The position numbers were made by a program, and so were the translations under genes. This document shows positions 14,727 to 26,695 of a stretch of DNA of 32,000 nucleotides, piece by piece (positions within the stretch are counted from its first letter, which is position 1; each line of letters begins with the position of its first letter). Origin of the DNA: Dickeya solani IPO 2222 (GTDB lineage Bacteria > Pseudomonadota > Gammaproteobacteria > Enterobacterales > Enterobacteriaceae); NCBI RefSeq assembly GCF_001644705.1, contig NZ_CP015137.1, forward strand, positions 1,350,001-1,382,000, written 5' to 3'. A model generated the notes under the pieces. That model did no database searches, was not told the origin of the DNA, and saw only the letters and a program-made list of their open reading frames with translations.

Positions 14727-15180
14727 GCGTTGCCTCCGTCCGAGGGGGATGAATTTCCAGTACTTCCACATCAAACGTGATGGTATGCCCAGCCAGCGGA
14801 TGATTGAAATCCACCGTCACCGACTCTTCCGCCACGTCGCGGATGATGCCCGGCATATCATTACCGGCCATGCCGCTGAACAGCATGATGGTGCCCACGT
14901 CGGGCACCCCGGTCTGCACAAAGTCGCGACGCAGGAAGAACTGGATCAGGTCCGGATTCGAAGGGCCGAACGCCGATTCCGGTGGCAGACTGAACTGGCG
15001 CCGGTCGCCGACCTGGAGGTGCAGCAACTGGGCCTCCAGCGCCGCCGACAGGCTGCCGTCGCCCAGCCTGAACATCGCCGGCTTACCGCTTTCGCGCGTC
15101 GCCTCCGCCACGGAACCGTCTTCCAGCATCAGCGCAAAATGCACCAGCACTTCACAGCCGTTTGTCACGAATTCCGTCAT
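14707..15180 (-). CDS. fkpB: FKBP-type peptidyl-prolyl cis-trans isomerase
   Basis: 157 aa, collinear with E. coli FkpB/SlpA ([43 protein letters not shown]). It carries an 8-residue C-terminal extension relative to E. coli. Confidence 0.92.
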   Translation of the reverse strand: MTEFVTNGCEVLVHFALMLEDGSVAEATRESGKPAMFRLGDGSLSAALEAQLLHLQVGDRRQFSLPPESAFGPSNPDLIQFFLRRDFVQTGVPDVGTIMLFSGMAGNDMPGIIRDVAEESVTVDFNHPLAGHTITFDVEVLEIHPPRTEATHENPAG

Positions 15181-15183
15181 GCG

Positions 15184-15690
15184 TTATTTACCTTCCACCT
15201 GCTTTTTTTGCGGAGAAGCCAAAAACCCCTCCAGCACAATCAGCAGTGCGCCGACTACAATCGCGCTATCCGCCAGATTAAACGTCGGGTAGTGCCAGTT
15301 ACCGACATAAAAATCCAGAAAATCGATCACATAACCATGCACCAGTCGATCGGCCAGATTGCCGATCGCGCCGCCGATAATCAGCGAATACGCAATATTA
15401 TTCAGCTTCTGACTGGCGCTGGAGCGATGCATCATCGCCAGCAGCGCCACAATAATCACCAACGCGATCATGGCAAACAGCCAGCGCTGCCAACCGCCCT
15501 TATCCGCCAGGAAGCTGAACGCCGCGCCATAGTTATGGGCGTAGGTAAAATTAAAGAATGTCACCAGCGGTACCGATTCGCCCAGCTGAAAGTGAGTCAT
15601 CACCCACTGTTTGCTGACCAAATCGACCACCAGTACCAGTGCGGCCAGCCACAGCCAGCGCAGACCCGTTGCTCCAATAGATTTACTCAT
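15184..15690 (-). CDS. lspA: Lipoprotein signal peptidase (signal peptidase II)
   Basis: 168 aa with four hydrophobic segments and the motifs [11 protein letters not shown] and FNLAD. It is collinear with E. coli LspA. Its ATG overlaps the ileS stop (ATGA), the classic ileS-lspA junction. Confidence 0.96.
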   Translation of the reverse strand: MSKSIGATGLRWLWLAALVLVVDLVSKQWVMTHFQLGESVPLVTFFNFTYAHNYGAAFSFLADKGGWQRWLFAMIALVIIVALLAMMHRSSASQKLNNIAYSLIIGGAIGNLADRLVHGYVIDFLDFYVGNWHYPTFNLADSAIVVGALLIVLEGFLASPQKKQVEGK

Positions 15691-18515
15691 CAGACAAATT
15701 TACGCTCTTCGCCATTGCCGCCAACATTGGTCGCACAGCGACCACACACATCCGGATGCGCGGCATCGCTGCCGATATCCGTTTCATAGTGCCAACAACG
15801 CGGGCATTTCTCCCCGTCAGCCTTACTAAGGACAACTTTCAGACCCGGTAATTCACTCTGCTGGGCATCCGCCGGCGCATTTTCGTAACGATCCAAACGC
15901 GCTTTGGAGGTTAACAAGGCAAAGTGCAGTTCGCCCTGCAGGCGGCTCAGCGGCGCAAACAGCGTGTCGTCGGCATACAACGTCACCGCCGCTTCCAGCG
16001 AACCGCCGATGCGCTTGTCGTTACGCGCCTGTTCGATCACTTTGTTCACTTCGCCGCGCACGTTCAGCATATCGGCCCAGAAGGCATCGTTCATCGGCTC
16101 GCTGTCGGCCAGACCGAACAAACCGTCATACCACTCTTCGGTGAAGACAAACTGTGCGCGTTCACCCGGCAGGTAGGCCCAGATCTCATCCGCGGTAAAC
16201 GAGAGGATCGGCGCCATCCAGCGTACCAACGCTTCAGCGATATGGAACAGCGCGGTCTGGCAACTGCGACGCGCCACGCTATCGTGTTTCGCGGTGTACT
16301 GACGGTCCTTGATGATATCGAGATAGAACGACCCCATCTCGATGGAGCAGAACTGCATCAAACGCTGGACCACACGGTGGAAATCGTAGCTCTCGTAGGC
16401 GTCGACGATCTCGTCCTGCGCGGCTTTGGCGCAACCCACTGCCCAGCGATCCAGCACCACCATGTCTTCCGGTTTCACGCTGTGCTGCGCCGGGTCAAAA
16501 CCGCTCAGGTTGGCCAGCAGGAAACGCGCGGTGTTGCGGATACGACGATACGCATCGGCGGAACGCTTGAGGATCTCGTCGGATACCGCGATCTCGCCGG
16601 AGTAGTCGGTCGAACCGATCCACAGGCGCAAAATATCCGCGCCCAGTTTATCCATCACGTCCTGCGGGCTGACGGTGTTGCCGATGGATTTCGACATTTT
16701 GCGGCCCTGGCCGTCCACGGTGAAGCCGTGGGTCAGTACCTGACGGTACGGCGCCTTGCCTTTGATGGCGGTAGAAATCATCAGCGAGGACATGAACCAG
16801 CCGCGATGCTGGTCGGAACCTTCCAGATACATGTCCGCCGCGTGGCCGCTGAATTCCGGACGCACATCCACCACCGAAGCATGGGTTGATCCGGAATCGA
16901 ACCACACATCCAGCGTATCCGGCACTTTTTCATAATCGGCGGCGTCCGCGCCCAGCAGGTCAGCTGGGTTCAAATCCCACCATGCCTGAATGCCGTTCTG
17001 TTCAACGCGCTTCGCCACCGCTTCGATCAGTTCTGTGGTGCGCGGGTGCAGCGCCTGCGTCTCTTTGTGAACGAACAGCGACATCGGCACGCCCCAGGTG
17101 CGCTGACGGGAAATACACCAGTCAGGACGGTTCGCCACCATGGATTCAATGCGCGCCTGACCCCAGTCCGGGATCCACTGCACGCCCTTGATTTCGGACA
17201 GAGACTGTTTACGCAGGCCGTGCTGATCCATGCTCACGAACCACTGCGGCGTGGCGCGGAACAGGATCGGCGATTTATGACGCCAGCAGCATGGGTAGCT
17301 GTGCTGCAGTTTCTCATCATGCAGCAGCGCGCCGCGCTCGCGCAGCAGTTCAACGATCTTGTCGTTGGCTTTGAACACGAACATACCATCCAGCCCTGGG
17401 AACGTACCCGGCAGATAGCAGCCGTTCGGCCCGACCGGGTTAGCGATTTCCAGTTGGTATTTCTGGCTGATGACATAGTCGTCAGGGCCGTGACCACCGG
17501 CGGTATGTACCGCACCGGTACCGGCGTCCAGCGTAACGTGATCGCCCAGAATGGCGGGCACGTCGAAATCCATGAACGGATGGCGGAAACGCAGCAGTTC
17601 CAGCTCGCTGCCTTTGACGGTATGACCCAGACGAGTGCTGGCATCGCTCCCGGCAACACGTTTGGCGACTGCGTCGGCCAGCCCTTCGGCAACGATGATG
17701 GAATTACCGGCCACCTGAATCAGCGCATAGTCAAACTCAGCATTCAGTGAAATGGCACGGTTGGCCGGCAACGTCCAGGGGGTGGTGGTCCAGATGACCA
17801 GCGCGACATCGCCGTTGACCGCGTCGGCGGCCAGGCCGAATTTCGCCAGCACCGCCGTGCGGTCGACCGCGTTGAACGCCACATCAATCGCCGGAGAAGT
17901 TCTGTCGTAATACTCCACTTCCGCTTCCGCCAGCGCGGAACCGCAGTCGGCGCACCAGTGCACCGGCTTGGCGCCCTTGTGCAGATGGCCGTTTTCGATA
18001 ATGCGGCCCAACGCGCGAATGATGTTGGCTTCCGTTTTGAAATCCATCGTCAGGTACGGACGATCCCATTCGCCCAGCACGCCCAGACGAATGAAGTCTT
18101 TCTTCTGCCCGGCAACCTGCTCAGCGGCATACTTGCGGCACTCTTCACGGAATTGTGCGGCGCTTACCTTCTCGCCCGGCTTGCCCACCAGTTGTTCTAC
18201 TTTCAGTTCGATCGGCAGACCGTGGCAGTCCCAACCCGGCACGTACGGCGAGTCATAGCCGGACAGACCTTTGGACTTGATAATAATATCTTTGAGAATC
18301 TTGTTAACCGAGTGACCAATGTGAATATTGCCATTCGCATACGGCGGGCCATCGTGAAGGATAAAGGTTTTTTTACCCTTCTTGGCGCCACGAATAATCC
18401 CGTACAAATCCTGCTCATACCAACGTTTCAGCATGTCAGGTTCGCGCTTGGCTAAATCGCCACGCATCGGGAACCCTGTTTCCGGCAAATTCAGGGTAGT
18501 TTTATAGTCACTCAT
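15690..18515 (-). CDS. ileS: Isoleucine--tRNA ligase
   Basis: 941 aa. It has the class I signatures [11 protein letters not shown] (HIGH) and KMSKS, and a C-terminal zinc-binding CPRCWHY....CGRC. It is collinear with E. coli IleS. Confidence 0.98.
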   Translation of the reverse strand: MSDYKTTLNLPETGFPMRGDLAKREPDMLKRWYEQDLYGIIRGAKKGKKTFILHDGPPYANGNIHIGHSVNKILKDIIIKSKGLSGYDSPYVPGWDCHGLPIELKVEQLVGKPGEKVSAAQFREECRKYAAEQVAGQKKDFIRLGVLGEWDRPYLTMDFKTEANIIRALGRIIENGHLHKGAKPVHWCADCGSALAEAEVEYYDRTSPAIDVAFNAVDRTAVLAKFGLAADAVNGDVALVIWTTTPWTLPANRAISLNAEFDYALIQVAGNSIIVAEGLADAVAKRVAGSDASTRLGHTVKGSELELLRFRHPFMDFDVPAILGDHVTLDAGTGAVHTAGGHGPDDYVISQKYQLEIANPVGPNGCYLPGTFPGLDGMFVFKANDKIVELLRERGALLHDEKLQHSYPCCWRHKSPILFRATPQWFVSMDQHGLRKQSLSEIKGVQWIPDWGQARIESMVANRPDWCISRQRTWGVPMSLFVHKETQALHPRTTELIEAVAKRVEQNGIQAWWDLNPADLLGADAADYEKVPDTLDVWFDSGSTHASVVDVRPEFSGHAADMYLEGSDQHRGWFMSSLMISTAIKGKAPYRQVLTHGFTVDGQGRKMSKSIGNTVSPQDVMDKLGADILRLWIGSTDYSGEIAVSDEILKRSADAYRRIRNTARFLLANLSGFDPAQHSVKPEDMVVLDRWAVGCAKAAQDEIVDAYESYDFHRVVQRLMQFCSIEMGSFYLDIIKDRQYTAKHDSVARRSCQTALFHIAEALVRWMAPILSFTADEIWAYLPGERAQFVFTEEWYDGLFGLADSEPMNDAFWADMLNVRGEVNKVIEQARNDKRIGGSLEAAVTLYADDTLFAPLSRLQGELHFALLTSKARLDRYENAPADAQQSELPGLKVVLSKADGEKCPRCWHYETDIGSDAAHPDVCGRCATNVGGNGEERKFV

Positions 18516-18549
18516 TCGCTTCTCGATTTCGTTTTCGGCTAGAGAAAAA

Positions 18550-19491
18550 TTAAACCGGTGCCTTCAACCCGAAGAACTCACGGGCGGCCACCACATCGTT
18601 GGCGATTTGCTGCTTCAGCGCATCCAGCGAAGCAAACCGCTGCTCACTACGTAATTTTTTACACATCACCACATCTATATGTCGGCCATACAGATCCAGT
18701 GTCACATCCAGCAAATGCACTTCCAGTTGTTGACGTTTGTCTCCGGTCACGGTCGGGCGGGTGCCGATATTGGCCACGCCGGGCAACGGCGCGTCGCCCA
18801 GCCCGTACACCTGAACCGCATACACGCCGCTGACAGGCGATACCTGGCGTTTGAGAGGCAGATTGGCCGTTGGAAAACCGATAGTGCGCCCCAGCTCATT
18901 GCCGTGTACCACCCGACCAGAAATACTGAACGGGTGCCCCAGCAGTTCCTCCGCCAGTGCCAGGTAGTCCTGCGCCAGCGCTTCACGCACGGCGGTGCTG
19001 CTCACCCGCTTGCCGCTGCTGCAGAAGGTGGTAGTGCTGATCACCTCAAAATTCTGCTCGGCGCCTGCTTTCTGTAATAACAGGAAATCCCCTTCCCGGC
19101 CAGCCCCGAAGCGGAAGTCATCCCCCACGACCAGAAACTTCACCCCTAGCTTTTCCACCAGCAAACTGGAGATAAAGGTATTGGCATCGTTAGCGGCAAA
19201 GCTGGCGTCAAACGTCACGCACAACAGGTAATCCACGCCGGCCTGCGCCAAATATTTCACCTTGTCGCGCAGGCGGGTCACCCGTGCCGGCGCTTTCTCC
19301 GCGGCGAAGAGCTCCAGCGGCTGAGGTTCGAAAATCATCACCATCACCGGCAACCCGCGCGCCTGCCCTTCCTGCTTCAGGCGTTCGAGCAGAGCCTGAT
19401 GTCCGCGGTGGACACCGTCGAAGTTACCAATAGTTAGCACACAGCCGTAATGGCAGGCCTGAAGATTGTGTATACCGCGAATTAGCTGCAT
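18550..19491 (-). CDS. ribF: Bifunctional riboflavin kinase / FMN adenylyltransferase
   Basis: 313 aa, same length as E. coli RibF, with [27 protein letters not shown] and GFPTAN..L motifs. Confidence 0.96.
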   Translation of the reverse strand: MQLIRGIHNLQACHYGCVLTIGNFDGVHRGHQALLERLKQEGQARGLPVMVMIFEPQPLELFAAEKAPARVTRLRDKVKYLAQAGVDYLLCVTFDASFAANDANTFISSLLVEKLGVKFLVVGDDFRFGAGREGDFLLLQKAGAEQNFEVISTTTFCSSGKRVSSTAVREALAQDYLALAEELLGHPFSISGRVVHGNELGRTIGFPTANLPLKRQVSPVSGVYAVQVYGLGDAPLPGVANIGTRPTVTGDKRQQLEVHLLDVTLDLYGRHIDVVMCKKLRSEQRFASLDALKQQIANDVVAAREFFGLKAPV

Positions 19492-19809
19492 AACTGGCTC
19501 AAAACAGTGGAAATCGGCGGATTATACCTTGTACAGCGAGCAAGGTTAACCCGCGATTCATGCCTTTTGTTGCCGGCCCGGCGGATTTCGGCGTCCGGCT
19601 CCGATGAGAATTTTTCATATACCGGAAATCGGGTCCTCATCGGGTGCTCGGCTTTTAGCCCGTAATCAAACGCTTGACGCGACAAAGGCGGCAAAGGGTG
19701 AATTTATGACGCGAAAGGCTGTATTCCCGACGCTTAAGCTGTTAAAATCCCGCGCCATCACAACGTAACAAGCGCTGGCGTACAAACGGCGCTTATTTGC
19801 ACAAATCCA

Positions 19810-19838
19810 TTGACAAAAGAAGGCTGAAAGGGCATATT
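19810..19838 (+). promoter_or_regulatory. Candidate sigma70 promoter of rpsT
   Basis: TTGACA (19810-19815), a 17-nt spacer, then CATATT (19833-19838), lying 48 nt upstream of the rpsT start. This is a pattern match only. Confidence 0.55.
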
Positions 19839-19885
19839 CCTCGGCCTTTGAATTGTCCTCGATAGATATATTTGGGAGTTGGACC

Positions 19886-20149
19886 TTGGCTAATATCAAA
19901 TCAGCTAAGAAACGCGCCGTACAGTCTGAGAAGCGCCGCAAGCACAATGCAAGCCGTCGCTCCATGATGCGTACTTTCATCAAGAAAGTGTATGCGGCCA
20001 TCGCCAGCGGCGATAAAGAATCTGCGCAGAAAGCATTTAATGACATGCAACCGATCGTGGATCGTCAGGCCAGCAAAGGTCTGATCCACAAAAACAAAGC
20101 TGCTCGTCATAAATCCAATCTGACTGCGCAGATTAACGCGATGCAGTAA
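19886..20149 (+). CDS. rpsT: 30S ribosomal protein S20; TTG start
   Basis: 87 aa from TTG 19886. (M)[34 protein letters not shown] matches the E. coli S20 N-terminus in register. GGGAG (19874-19878) lies 7 nt upstream. E. coli rpsT also uses UUG. The upstream part of the track ORF (from 19853) has no homology support. Confidence 0.95.
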   Translation: MANIKSAKKRAVQSEKRRKHNASRRSMMRTFIKKVYAAIASGDKESAQKAFNDMQPIVDRQASKGLIHKNKAARHKSNLTAQINAMQ

Positions 20150-20172
20150 TCACGTTTACGTGATGAATCGCT

Positions 20173-20200
20173 AAAAAAACCGGCTCAGGCCGGTTTTTTT
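20173..20200. terminator. Bidirectional intrinsic terminator between convergent rpsT and nhaR
   Basis: AAAAAAACCGGC-TCAG-GCCGGTTTTTTT. The symmetric A7/T7 flanks around a GC stem give a U-tract on both strands. Confidence 0.8.
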
Positions 20201-20226
20201 GTGCCCGAACAACGGCGAAAACCGTT

Positions 20227-21117
20227 TTATTCGCGAAACAGCGCAGAGAAATCCTCGTTGCAGACGCGCTGCACCGCCGGGTGTTGGATCATCCGCTCCG
20301 CGAAGATGACGTAATATTCATCCTGAATGTTGTCGAGGCGGCCGAGTTCCATCATCTCGCCTTGCGCGGCCATCTCGCGGGCATGCAACGACGGCGCGAC
20401 AAAAATCGCGTCATGGCCCATGCCGAAAGCGGTCATCAGCGCCGCGTCGTCAAATTCCCCCATGATCTCCACCGGCAGGTTCTGTTCGCTAAACCAGTTG
20501 AGCAATTTGCGGCCCAGCATGGTGCGCCGGGCCGGGATCAATAGTTTGCGCTGCGACAGACCGGCGGGAAAAGGCAGACGCGGCCCCGGCCGACGACAGT
20601 AAAAACTCACGCCGCACTCGCCGAGCTTGCGGGAAAACAGCCCCGCCTGCTGGCCGGAGTCGACCGGGCAATCCGACAGGATCATATCCAACTTATGCTG
20701 GCTCAACTGCTCGATCAACATCTCATGGGTAGACTCAAAGCAGCGCAGGTGAATCGACGTCTGTTCATTCACCACCGTTTCCAGTACCCGGCTCACCAGC
20801 CGTTTGGACAAGGCATCCGCGACGCCAACATCAAACAGCAGGCTGGACTCCTTGCGGTAATTGACGATATCCAGCATTTCCTGACTCAGCGCAAACATCT
20901 TGTCCGCATAGCGAAATACCAGTTGCCCCAGCTCGGTCGGTTCCAGTCCGCGTCCTTTGCGTTTGAACAACTTGCCTTGTAAACGCGCCTCCAGCGACTT
21001 GATCTGCCCGGTAATCGTCTGCGGCGTCAGGAACAACCGTTCGGCGGCGCCTGCCACCGAACCGGTCTTGCACACCTGCCAAAAATAATAGAGATGATTG
21101 AAGTTGATGTGCGACAT
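20227..21117 (-). CDS. nhaR: LysR-family transcriptional activator of nhaA
   Basis: 296 aa, collinear with E. coli NhaR ([49 protein letters not shown]). It lies 31 nt downstream of nhaA, as in the nhaAR operon. Confidence 0.95.
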   Translation of the reverse strand: MSHINFNHLYYFWQVCKTGSVAGAAERLFLTPQTITGQIKSLEARLQGKLFKRKGRGLEPTELGQLVFRYADKMFALSQEMLDIVNYRKESSLLFDVGVADALSKRLVSRVLETVVNEQTSIHLRCFESTHEMLIEQLSQHKLDMILSDCPVDSGQQAGLFSRKLGECGVSFYCRRPGPRLPFPAGLSQRKLLIPARRTMLGRKLLNWFSEQNLPVEIMGEFDDAALMTAFGMGHDAIFVAPSLHAREMAAQGEMMELGRLDNIQDEYYVIFAERMIQHPAVQRVCNEDFSALFRE

Positions 21118-21148
21118 ACCATCGTTCCCCTTGCTTCTCGTACACGCC

Positions 21149-22324
21149 TCAGCGTTGTGCGGCAGGCAGTACCGAACGCAACGTCAGGTAGCCCAGCACC
21201 GCCGTCGTGAGCGACGTCAGCAAAATCGCCAATTTGGCGTACAGGATGTCCTGCTCGGCCACCTCGCCAAACGCCAGCAGCGTAATGAAGATAGACATCG
21301 TGAACCCGATGCCGCACAGTACCGACACCGCCATCACCTGACGGAAATCCACGCCGCTCGGCAATTTGCCCAGCCCCAGTCGAATCACCAGCCAGCTAAA
21401 CAACGACACGCCTATCGGTTTACCTAACAGTAACCCGCTGGCGATACCCAACGTCAATGGCGACAGCAAATGCCCGACGGCGACGCCCTGCAATGTAATG
21501 CCGGCATTGGCGAAGGCAAACAGCGGGATCACCAGAAACGCGATCCAGCTTGCCAGCCCATGTTCCAGCGTGCTGGCAGGCGAAGGATTGCCCGCCGGAA
21601 CGCGCAGCGGAATAAAGAAACCGACGATCACCCCGGCCAGCGTGGCATGCACACCGGATTTCAGAATGCAGACCCACAGCACTATCCCGACCAGCAGATA
21701 AGCAGATGTTTTCATCACCTGTTGATGATTCATGTACGCCAGCAAAACAATCGCCGCTAGTGCGCCCGACAGCGCCACCCAGTGCAATTGCTGAGTGTAG
21801 AACAGCGCGATAATCACGATCGCGCCCAGATCGTCAATGATCGCCAGCGCCAGCAGAAACACCTTCAACCCTGCCGGCACTCGTTTGCCCAGCAGCACCA
21901 GAATGCCGACCGCAAAAGCGATATCCGTCGCGGTGGGGATCGCCCAGCCGGATCGGGTTTCCGCGTCAGCGGCGTTAAACAACAGGAAAAACAGCGCGGG
22001 AACCAGCATCCCGCCAAAGGCCGCCACCACCGGCAGTATCGCTTGTCGCCGGCTCGCCAACGCGCCGACTACCAGTTCGCGTTTGACTTCCAGACCGACC
22101 TGCAGGAAAAACAGCGCCATCAGGCCGTCATTGATCCACAACAGCAGCGGCTTGTTGATTTCCAGCGCGCCGATGCCCATCACTACCGGTATCTCCAGAA
22201 AGGACTGATACCACGGCAATGTGGCCGGAATGTTGGCGACCAGCAGCGCCAGCAAGGTCGCGGCAATCAAAATCATGCCGGCGGCCGCTTCCAGCCCGGT
22301 CAGATAGCGGAACAGCTTTATCAC
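21149..22324 (-). CDS. nhaA: Na+/H+ antiporter NhaA; GTG start
   Basis: 391 aa, collinear with E. coli NhaA ([63 protein letters not shown]). The GTG at 22324 is preceded by GGGAGA (22336-22331) at 6-nt spacing. Confidence 0.95.
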   Translation of the reverse strand: MIKLFRYLTGLEAAAGMILIAATLLALLVANIPATLPWYQSFLEIPVVMGIGALEINKPLLLWINDGLMALFFLQVGLEVKRELVVGALASRRQAILPVVAAFGGMLVPALFFLLFNAADAETRSGWAIPTATDIAFAVGILVLLGKRVPAGLKVFLLALAIIDDLGAIVIIALFYTQQLHWVALSGALAAIVLLAYMNHQQVMKTSAYLLVGIVLWVCILKSGVHATLAGVIVGFFIPLRVPAGNPSPASTLEHGLASWIAFLVIPLFAFANAGITLQGVAVGHLLSPLTLGIASGLLLGKPIGVSLFSWLVIRLGLGKLPSGVDFRQVMAVSVLCGIGFTMSIFITLLAFGEVAEQDILYAKLAILLTSLTTAVLGYLTLRSVLPAAQR

Positions 22325-22343
22325 GTTTATTCTCCCTTGCAGA

Positions 22344-22368
22344 ATCGGCCTTAAATATCGGCCTTAAA
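22344..22368. repeat. Tandem direct repeat ATCGGCCTTAAA x2 (13-bp period) just upstream of the nhaA SD
   Basis: 22344-22355 and 22357-22368 are identical 12-mers separated by one T. A third ATCGGC occurs at 22373-22378. Confidence 0.9.
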
Positions 22369-22490
22369 CATCATCGGCGGGCATCACTGCCCAATAATGG
22401 ATAGCAAGGTTAAGCCACACTACTCATCGTTAAAAGCAGTTTTAAACTGGATTAATGCTCGAAAAAATCGAATCATCGAACGATAGCAAC

Positions 22491-22525
22491 AAAAAAACCG
22501 GCCAGGATAAACCCGGCCGGTTTTT
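22491..22525 (-). terminator. Intrinsic terminator of dnaJ
   Basis: AAAAAAACCGGCCAGG-ATAAA-CCCGGCCGGTTTTT. On the minus strand the hairpin (one mismatch) is followed by T7. It starts 27 nt downstream of the dnaJ stop. Confidence 0.75.
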
Positions 22526-22551
22526 ATCGTACGTTACTGCGGCACTCAGGA

Positions 22552-23685
22552 TCAGCGCGTCAGGTCGTCAAAGAATTTCTTCACGCCGTCGAAGAAACTT
22601 TTGGAACGTGGGCTGTTGCTTTCGCCTGTCGGGCCACCGAAGCTTTCCTGCAGTTCCTGCAACAGCTGTTTTTGACGATCGCTCAGGTTGACCGGGGTTT
22701 CCACCACCACCCGGCACAGCAGGTCGCCCTGCATACCGCCGCGCACCGACTTCACGCCTTTGCCGCGCATGCGGAACAGCTTGCCGGTTTGCGTTTCCGC
22801 CGGCACTTTCAACATCACGCGGCCATCCAGCGTCGGCACTTCAATTTCACCGCCCAACGCCGCCATGGCGAAGTTGATCGGCACTTCACAGTAGAGGTTA
22901 TTGTCTTCGCGCTGGAAGATCGGGTGCTCGCGTACCTGTACCTGTACGTACAGATCGCCAGCCGGGGCGCCAAATTCCCCTGCTTCCCCTTCACCCGCCA
23001 GGCGGATGCGATCGCCGGTGTCCACGCCGGCCGGGATCTTGACCGACAGCGTTTTGCTTTTCTCAACGCGCCCGTGACCATGACACTTCGTGCAAGGATC
23101 TTTGATGATCTTGCCGCGGCCATGACAGTGCGGACAGGTTTGCTGCACCGTGAAGAACCCCTGACGCATCTGCACCTGTCCGTTACCGTGACAGGTTGGA
23201 CAGGTCACCGCGCTGCTGCCCGGTCTGGCGCCGCTGCCATGACAGACATCGCATTCCTGTAGCGTCGGGATACGGATCTCTTTGGTTACGCCGCGTACTG
23301 CTTCTTCCAGCGTCAGCTCCATGGTGTAGCGTAAATCAGAGCCGCGACTCGCACGCTGACGGCGACCGCCGCCAAAGATATCACCGAAAACGTCGCCGAA
23401 AATATCGCCGAAATCAGCGCCGCCGAAACCACCTGCGCCACCGCCGCCCATACCGCCCTGCTCAAACGCGGCATGTCCATACTGATCGTAGGCAGCGCGT
23501 TTCTGAGCATCGGTCAAAATCTCATAGGCTTCTTTGACTTCCTTAAATTTGGCCTCGGCGTCTTTGTCGCCCGGATTGCGATCCGGGTGATATTTCATCG
23601 CCAGCCGTTTGTAAGCCTTTTTGATTTCACGTTCATCTGCGTCTTTCGCAACGCCCAGAATCTCGTAGTAGTCTTGCTTCGCCAT
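22552..23685 (-). CDS. dnaJ: Molecular chaperone DnaJ (Hsp40)
   Basis: 377 aa from ATG 23685 ([12 protein letters not shown]). It has the J-domain KYHPDRN, a G/F-rich linker and four CxxCxGxG zinc-finger repeats. The track ORF start at 23757 adds 24 residues with no homology. Confidence 0.97.
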   Translation of the reverse strand: MAKQDYYEILGVAKDADEREIKKAYKRLAMKYHPDRNPGDKDAEAKFKEVKEAYEILTDAQKRAAYDQYGHAAFEQGGMGGGGAGGFGGADFGDIFGDVFGDIFGGGRRQRASRGSDLRYTMELTLEEAVRGVTKEIRIPTLQECDVCHGSGARPGSSAVTCPTCHGNGQVQMRQGFFTVQQTCPHCHGRGKIIKDPCTKCHGHGRVEKSKTLSVKIPAGVDTGDRIRLAGEGEAGEFGAPAGDLYVQVQVREHPIFQREDNNLYCEVPINFAMAALGGEIEVPTLDGRVMLKVPAETQTGKLFRMRGKGVKSVRGGMQGDLLCRVVVETPVNLSDRQKQLLQELQESFGGPTGESNSPRSKSFFDGVKKFFDDLTR

Positions 23686-23795
23686 TCTTTTTTTCCTGCC
23701 CTCAACATGCGTGCACGGGCGCAGAGTTTCCCCGACGCCCGTGCTGGTTGCCAGCAACAGTATGAGCTACCGCTACTGCGCCCGCTTAAGGGCGA

Positions 23796-25706
23796 TTATT
23801 TCTTGTCTTTGACTTCTTCGAACTCGGCGTCAACGACATCATCATCCTGACGGGCTGCATTGTCGGCACCCGCAGCACCGGCCTGAGCCTGTTGCTGCTG
23901 AGCGGCTTCCAGCAGTTTGGTGGACGCTTCCGCCAGCTTCTGGATCTTCGCTTCGATGTCCGCCTTGTCTTCGCCTTTCAGCGCGGTTTCCAGCGCTTTC
24001 AGCGCCTCTTCGATAGCGGCCTTGTCGGCTGCGGCCAGTTTGTCGCCGGTTTCTTCCAGCTGTTTGCGGGTGCTGTGCAACAGGTGGTCGCCCTGGTTGC
24101 GCGCCTGCACCAGCTCTTCAAACTTGCGATCCGCTTCGGCGTTGGCTTCAGCGTCACGCACCATCTTCTGAATTTCGTCTTCGTTCAGGCCGGAAGACGC
24201 CTTGATGGTGATGTTCTGCTCGCGGCCACTGTTCTTGTCTTTGGCGGAAACGTGCAGGATACCGTCGGCATCGATATCGAAGGTAACTTCAATCTGCGGC
24301 ATACCGCGCGGCGCCGGCTGGATACCGTCCAGATTAAACTGACCCAGCGATTTGTTATCGTGGGCGCGCTTACGCTCACCCTGCAGTACGTGAATGGTCA
24401 CCGCAGACTGGTTGTCTTCCGCCGTCGAGAACACCTGACTGTGTTTGGTCGGGATAGTGGTGTTCTTGGTAATCAGCGGAGTCATCACGCCGCCCATGGT
24501 TTCGATACCCAGAGACAGCGGCGTCACGTCCAGCAGCAGCACGTCTTTCACGTCGCCGGCCAACACACCACCCTGCACCGCGGCGCCGATCGCCACCGCT
24601 TCGTCCGGGTTCACGTCTTTACGCGGCTCTTTACCGAAGAAATCGGCAACTTTCTTCTGCACCAGCGGCATACGGGTCTGACCGCCGACCAGAATCACAT
24701 CCTGGATTTCGGAAACGGACAGGCCGGCATCCTGCAGCGCCACTTTCAGCGGCTCCAGCGAACGGGTCACCAGATCTTCCACCAGCGATTCCAGTTTAGC
24801 GCGGGTTACCTTGATGTTCAGGTGTTTCGGACCAGTGGCGTCCGCCGTGATGTACGGCAGGTTGACGTCGGTCTGCTGGGCGGAAGACAGTTCAATCTTC
24901 GCTTTTTCCGCTGCTTCTTTCAGACGCTGCATCGCCAGCGGGTCGTTACGCAGGTCAAAACCCTGCTCTTTTTTGAATTCATCAACCAGGTAGTTGATCA
25001 TACGGCTGTCGAAGTCTTCGCCGCCCAGGTGGGTATCACCGTTGGTCGCCAGTACTTCGAAGGTTTTCTCGCCGTCCACATCGTCGATTTCGATGATGGA
25101 GATATCGAACGTACCGCCGCCCAGGTCGTACACCGCGATAGTGCGGTTACCGACGCCTTTGTCCAGGCCGTAAGCCAACGCAGCCGCCGTCGGTTCGTTG
25201 ATGATACGCTTCACTTCCAGACCGGCGATGCGGCCGGCGTCTTTCGTCGCCTGACGCTGGGCATCATTAAAATAAGCCGGTACGGTGATAACCGCTTCGG
25301 TGATGGTTTCACCCAGATAATCTTCCGCCGTCTTCTTCATTTTTTTCAGGACTTCAGCGGAAATCTGCGGCGGAGCCAGTTTCTGGTCTTTCACTTCCAC
25401 CCAGGCGTCGCCGTTGTCGGCCGGAATGATGGTGTACGGCATGATGTTGCTGTCACGCTGCACTTCTTCATCCTGAAAACGGCGGCCAATCAGACGCTTG
25501 ATGGCGAACAGCGTATTTTTCGGGTTAGTCACCGCCTGACGTTTAGCCGGTTGGCCAACCAGAGTTTCACCATCTTGCGTATAGGCAATAATGGAAGGCG
25601 TGGTGCGATCGCCTTCGCTGTTTTCCAGTACCTTAACCTGCGTACCGTCCATAATCGCGACACAAGAGTTGGTTGTCCCCAAGTCGATACCAATAATCTT
25701 ACCCAT
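23796..25706 (-). CDS. dnaK: Molecular chaperone DnaK (Hsp70)
   Basis: 636 aa with [27 protein letters not shown] and a C-terminal [15 protein letters not shown] lies 8 nt upstream of the ATG. Confidence 0.99.
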   Translation of the reverse strand: MGKIIGIDLGTTNSCVAIMDGTQVKVLENSEGDRTTPSIIAYTQDGETLVGQPAKRQAVTNPKNTLFAIKRLIGRRFQDEEVQRDSNIMPYTIIPADNGDAWVEVKDQKLAPPQISAEVLKKMKKTAEDYLGETITEAVITVPAYFNDAQRQATKDAGRIAGLEVKRIINEPTAAALAYGLDKGVGNRTIAVYDLGGGTFDISIIEIDDVDGEKTFEVLATNGDTHLGGEDFDSRMINYLVDEFKKEQGFDLRNDPLAMQRLKEAAEKAKIELSSAQQTDVNLPYITADATGPKHLNIKVTRAKLESLVEDLVTRSLEPLKVALQDAGLSVSEIQDVILVGGQTRMPLVQKKVADFFGKEPRKDVNPDEAVAIGAAVQGGVLAGDVKDVLLLDVTPLSLGIETMGGVMTPLITKNTTIPTKHSQVFSTAEDNQSAVTIHVLQGERKRAHDNKSLGQFNLDGIQPAPRGMPQIEVTFDIDADGILHVSAKDKNSGREQNITIKASSGLNEDEIQKMVRDAEANAEADRKFEELVQARNQGDHLLHSTRKQLEETGDKLAAADKAAIEEALKALETALKGEDKADIEAKIQKLAEASTKLLEAAQQQQAQAGAAGADNAARQDDDVVDAEFEEVKDKK

Positions 25707-25753
25707 CTAAACATCTCCACTTAAAAGTCATATACGGTGTGGTGGTTTAACCT

Positions 25754-25782
25754 ACTATGCGGGCGAAATGTTGCTTTTCAAC
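25754..25782 (-). promoter_or_regulatory. Candidate sigma32 heat-shock promoter (dnaK P2-like)
   Basis: On the minus strand: GTTGAAA, 12 nt, then CCCGCATAGT. The TTGAAA...TTTCGCCC arrangement resembles E. coli dnaK P2 as I recall it. Confidence 0.5.
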
Positions 25783-25832
25783 ACCCCGAAATCGTCTTTA
25801 GTCTTTTCAGTCAAACCGCTTTGATGACTCTA

Positions 25833-25863
25833 AGATGGGGACGACAATTCCCGCATCAAGGGG
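25833..25863 (-). promoter_or_regulatory. Candidate sigma32 heat-shock promoter (dnaK P1-like)
   Basis: On the minus strand: CCCCTTGAT, 14 nt, then CCCCATCT. This is a close fit to the sigma32 consensus CCCTTGAA - 13/14 nt - CCCCATNT, about 130 nt upstream of the dnaK ATG. Confidence 0.65.
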
Positions 25864-26092
25864 CACTAACCAAAAAAAACTGCATCTTCCCGGTTTTTGA
25901 TCAAAGTATTCGCAAGCTATCTGGTTGTATCGCTCATTCCCGCCCGCTATGATGCCGCGCTCGCCGCAGAAAAGGGACTGACCCAGCCTGACAGCGGGTA
26001 CCGGCAACGCTCCGTTGGCCTCATGGGAACGCCTGCCGGGCAAACCTTCAGATACAACAACACATTGACCACTTTGTTATTGCAGAGGATGT

Positions 26093-26665
26093 ATGCACGC
26101 GAAAACGTTGGCGAATCCGGGTCCGCTGGGACTGATGGGCTTCGGGATGACCACCATTCTGTTAAACCTGCACAATGCAGGCTTTTTCCCACTGACTTCC
26201 ATTATTCTGAGCATGGGAATCTTCTACGGCGGCATCGCCCAGATTCTGGCCGGTCTGCTGGAATATAAGAAAGGCAATACCTTTGGTGTAACTGCCTTTA
26301 CATCGTACGGCGCGTTCTGGCTGACGTTGGTCGCCATTATCATGCTGCCGAAAATGGGCCTGGCGGAAGCGGCTGATGCACAGTTCCTCGGCGTGTTCCT
26401 GGCGCTGTGGGGTATCTTCACCCTGTTCATGTTCTTCGGCACGCTGGGGGCCAACCGCGCACTGCAGTTCGTGTTCGCCAGCCTGACCGTGCTGTTCGCC
26501 CTGCTGGCGATCGGCAACATCACCGGCAACCACGCGCTGCTGACCTTCGCCGGTTACGAAGGAATTATCTGCGGCGCCAGCGCCATTTATCTGGCCATGG
26601 CTGAAGTGCTCAACGAACAGTACGGCCGTACCGTGCTGCCGATTGGCGCTCGCGGCGCGCACTGA
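26093..26665 (+). CDS. satP: Succinate-acetate/proton symporter (GPR1/FUN34/YaaH family)
   Basis: 190 aa, collinear with E. coli SatP/YaaH ([56 protein letters not shown]). AGAGGA lies 4 nt upstream of the ATG. Confidence 0.95.
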   Translation: MHAKTLANPGPLGLMGFGMTTILLNLHNAGFFPLTSIILSMGIFYGGIAQILAGLLEYKKGNTFGVTAFTSYGAFWLTLVAIIMLPKMGLAEAADAQFLGVFLALWGIFTLFMFFGTLGANRALQFVFASLTVLFALLAIGNITGNHALLTFAGYEGIICGASAIYLAMAEVLNEQYGRTVLPIGARGAH

Positions 26666-26695
26666 CAGAAAGGCGGCACCAACGCCAATTAACGC

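Noticed and set aside
13374-15789. 468-aa and 374-aa plus-strand ORFs opposite rihC/ispH and fkpB/lspA.
   Set aside because: Both are codon-aligned antisense to strongly supported genes, show biased R/H/Q composition, and run across gene boundaries of the real operon.
22325-22551. The dnaJ-nhaA interval was checked for the IS element and hokC/sokC toxin-antitoxin locus found at this position in E. coli K-12.
   Set aside because: There are only 227 bp here, containing the dnaJ terminator and the nhaA leader. There is no ORF, no inverted terminal repeat and no hok-like hydrophobic peptide frame.
23892-25724. A 610-aa plus-strand ORF opposite dnaK.
   Set aside because: It has the same codon-aligned antisense register (offset 96 from the dnaK stop-codon frame). 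Long antisense frames opposite hsp70/dnaK genes are a long-noted codon-usage artefact. There is no SD and no recognisable domain.
25707-26092. Three overlapping 71-123 aa ORFs in and around the dnaK-satP intergenic region (25737-25952 +, 25807-26043 -, 25897-26268 +).
   Set aside because: They are mutually exclusive overlapping frames with no SD and no recognisable motif. One runs into satP out of frame. The region holds the sigma32 promoters of dnaK and the satP promoter.
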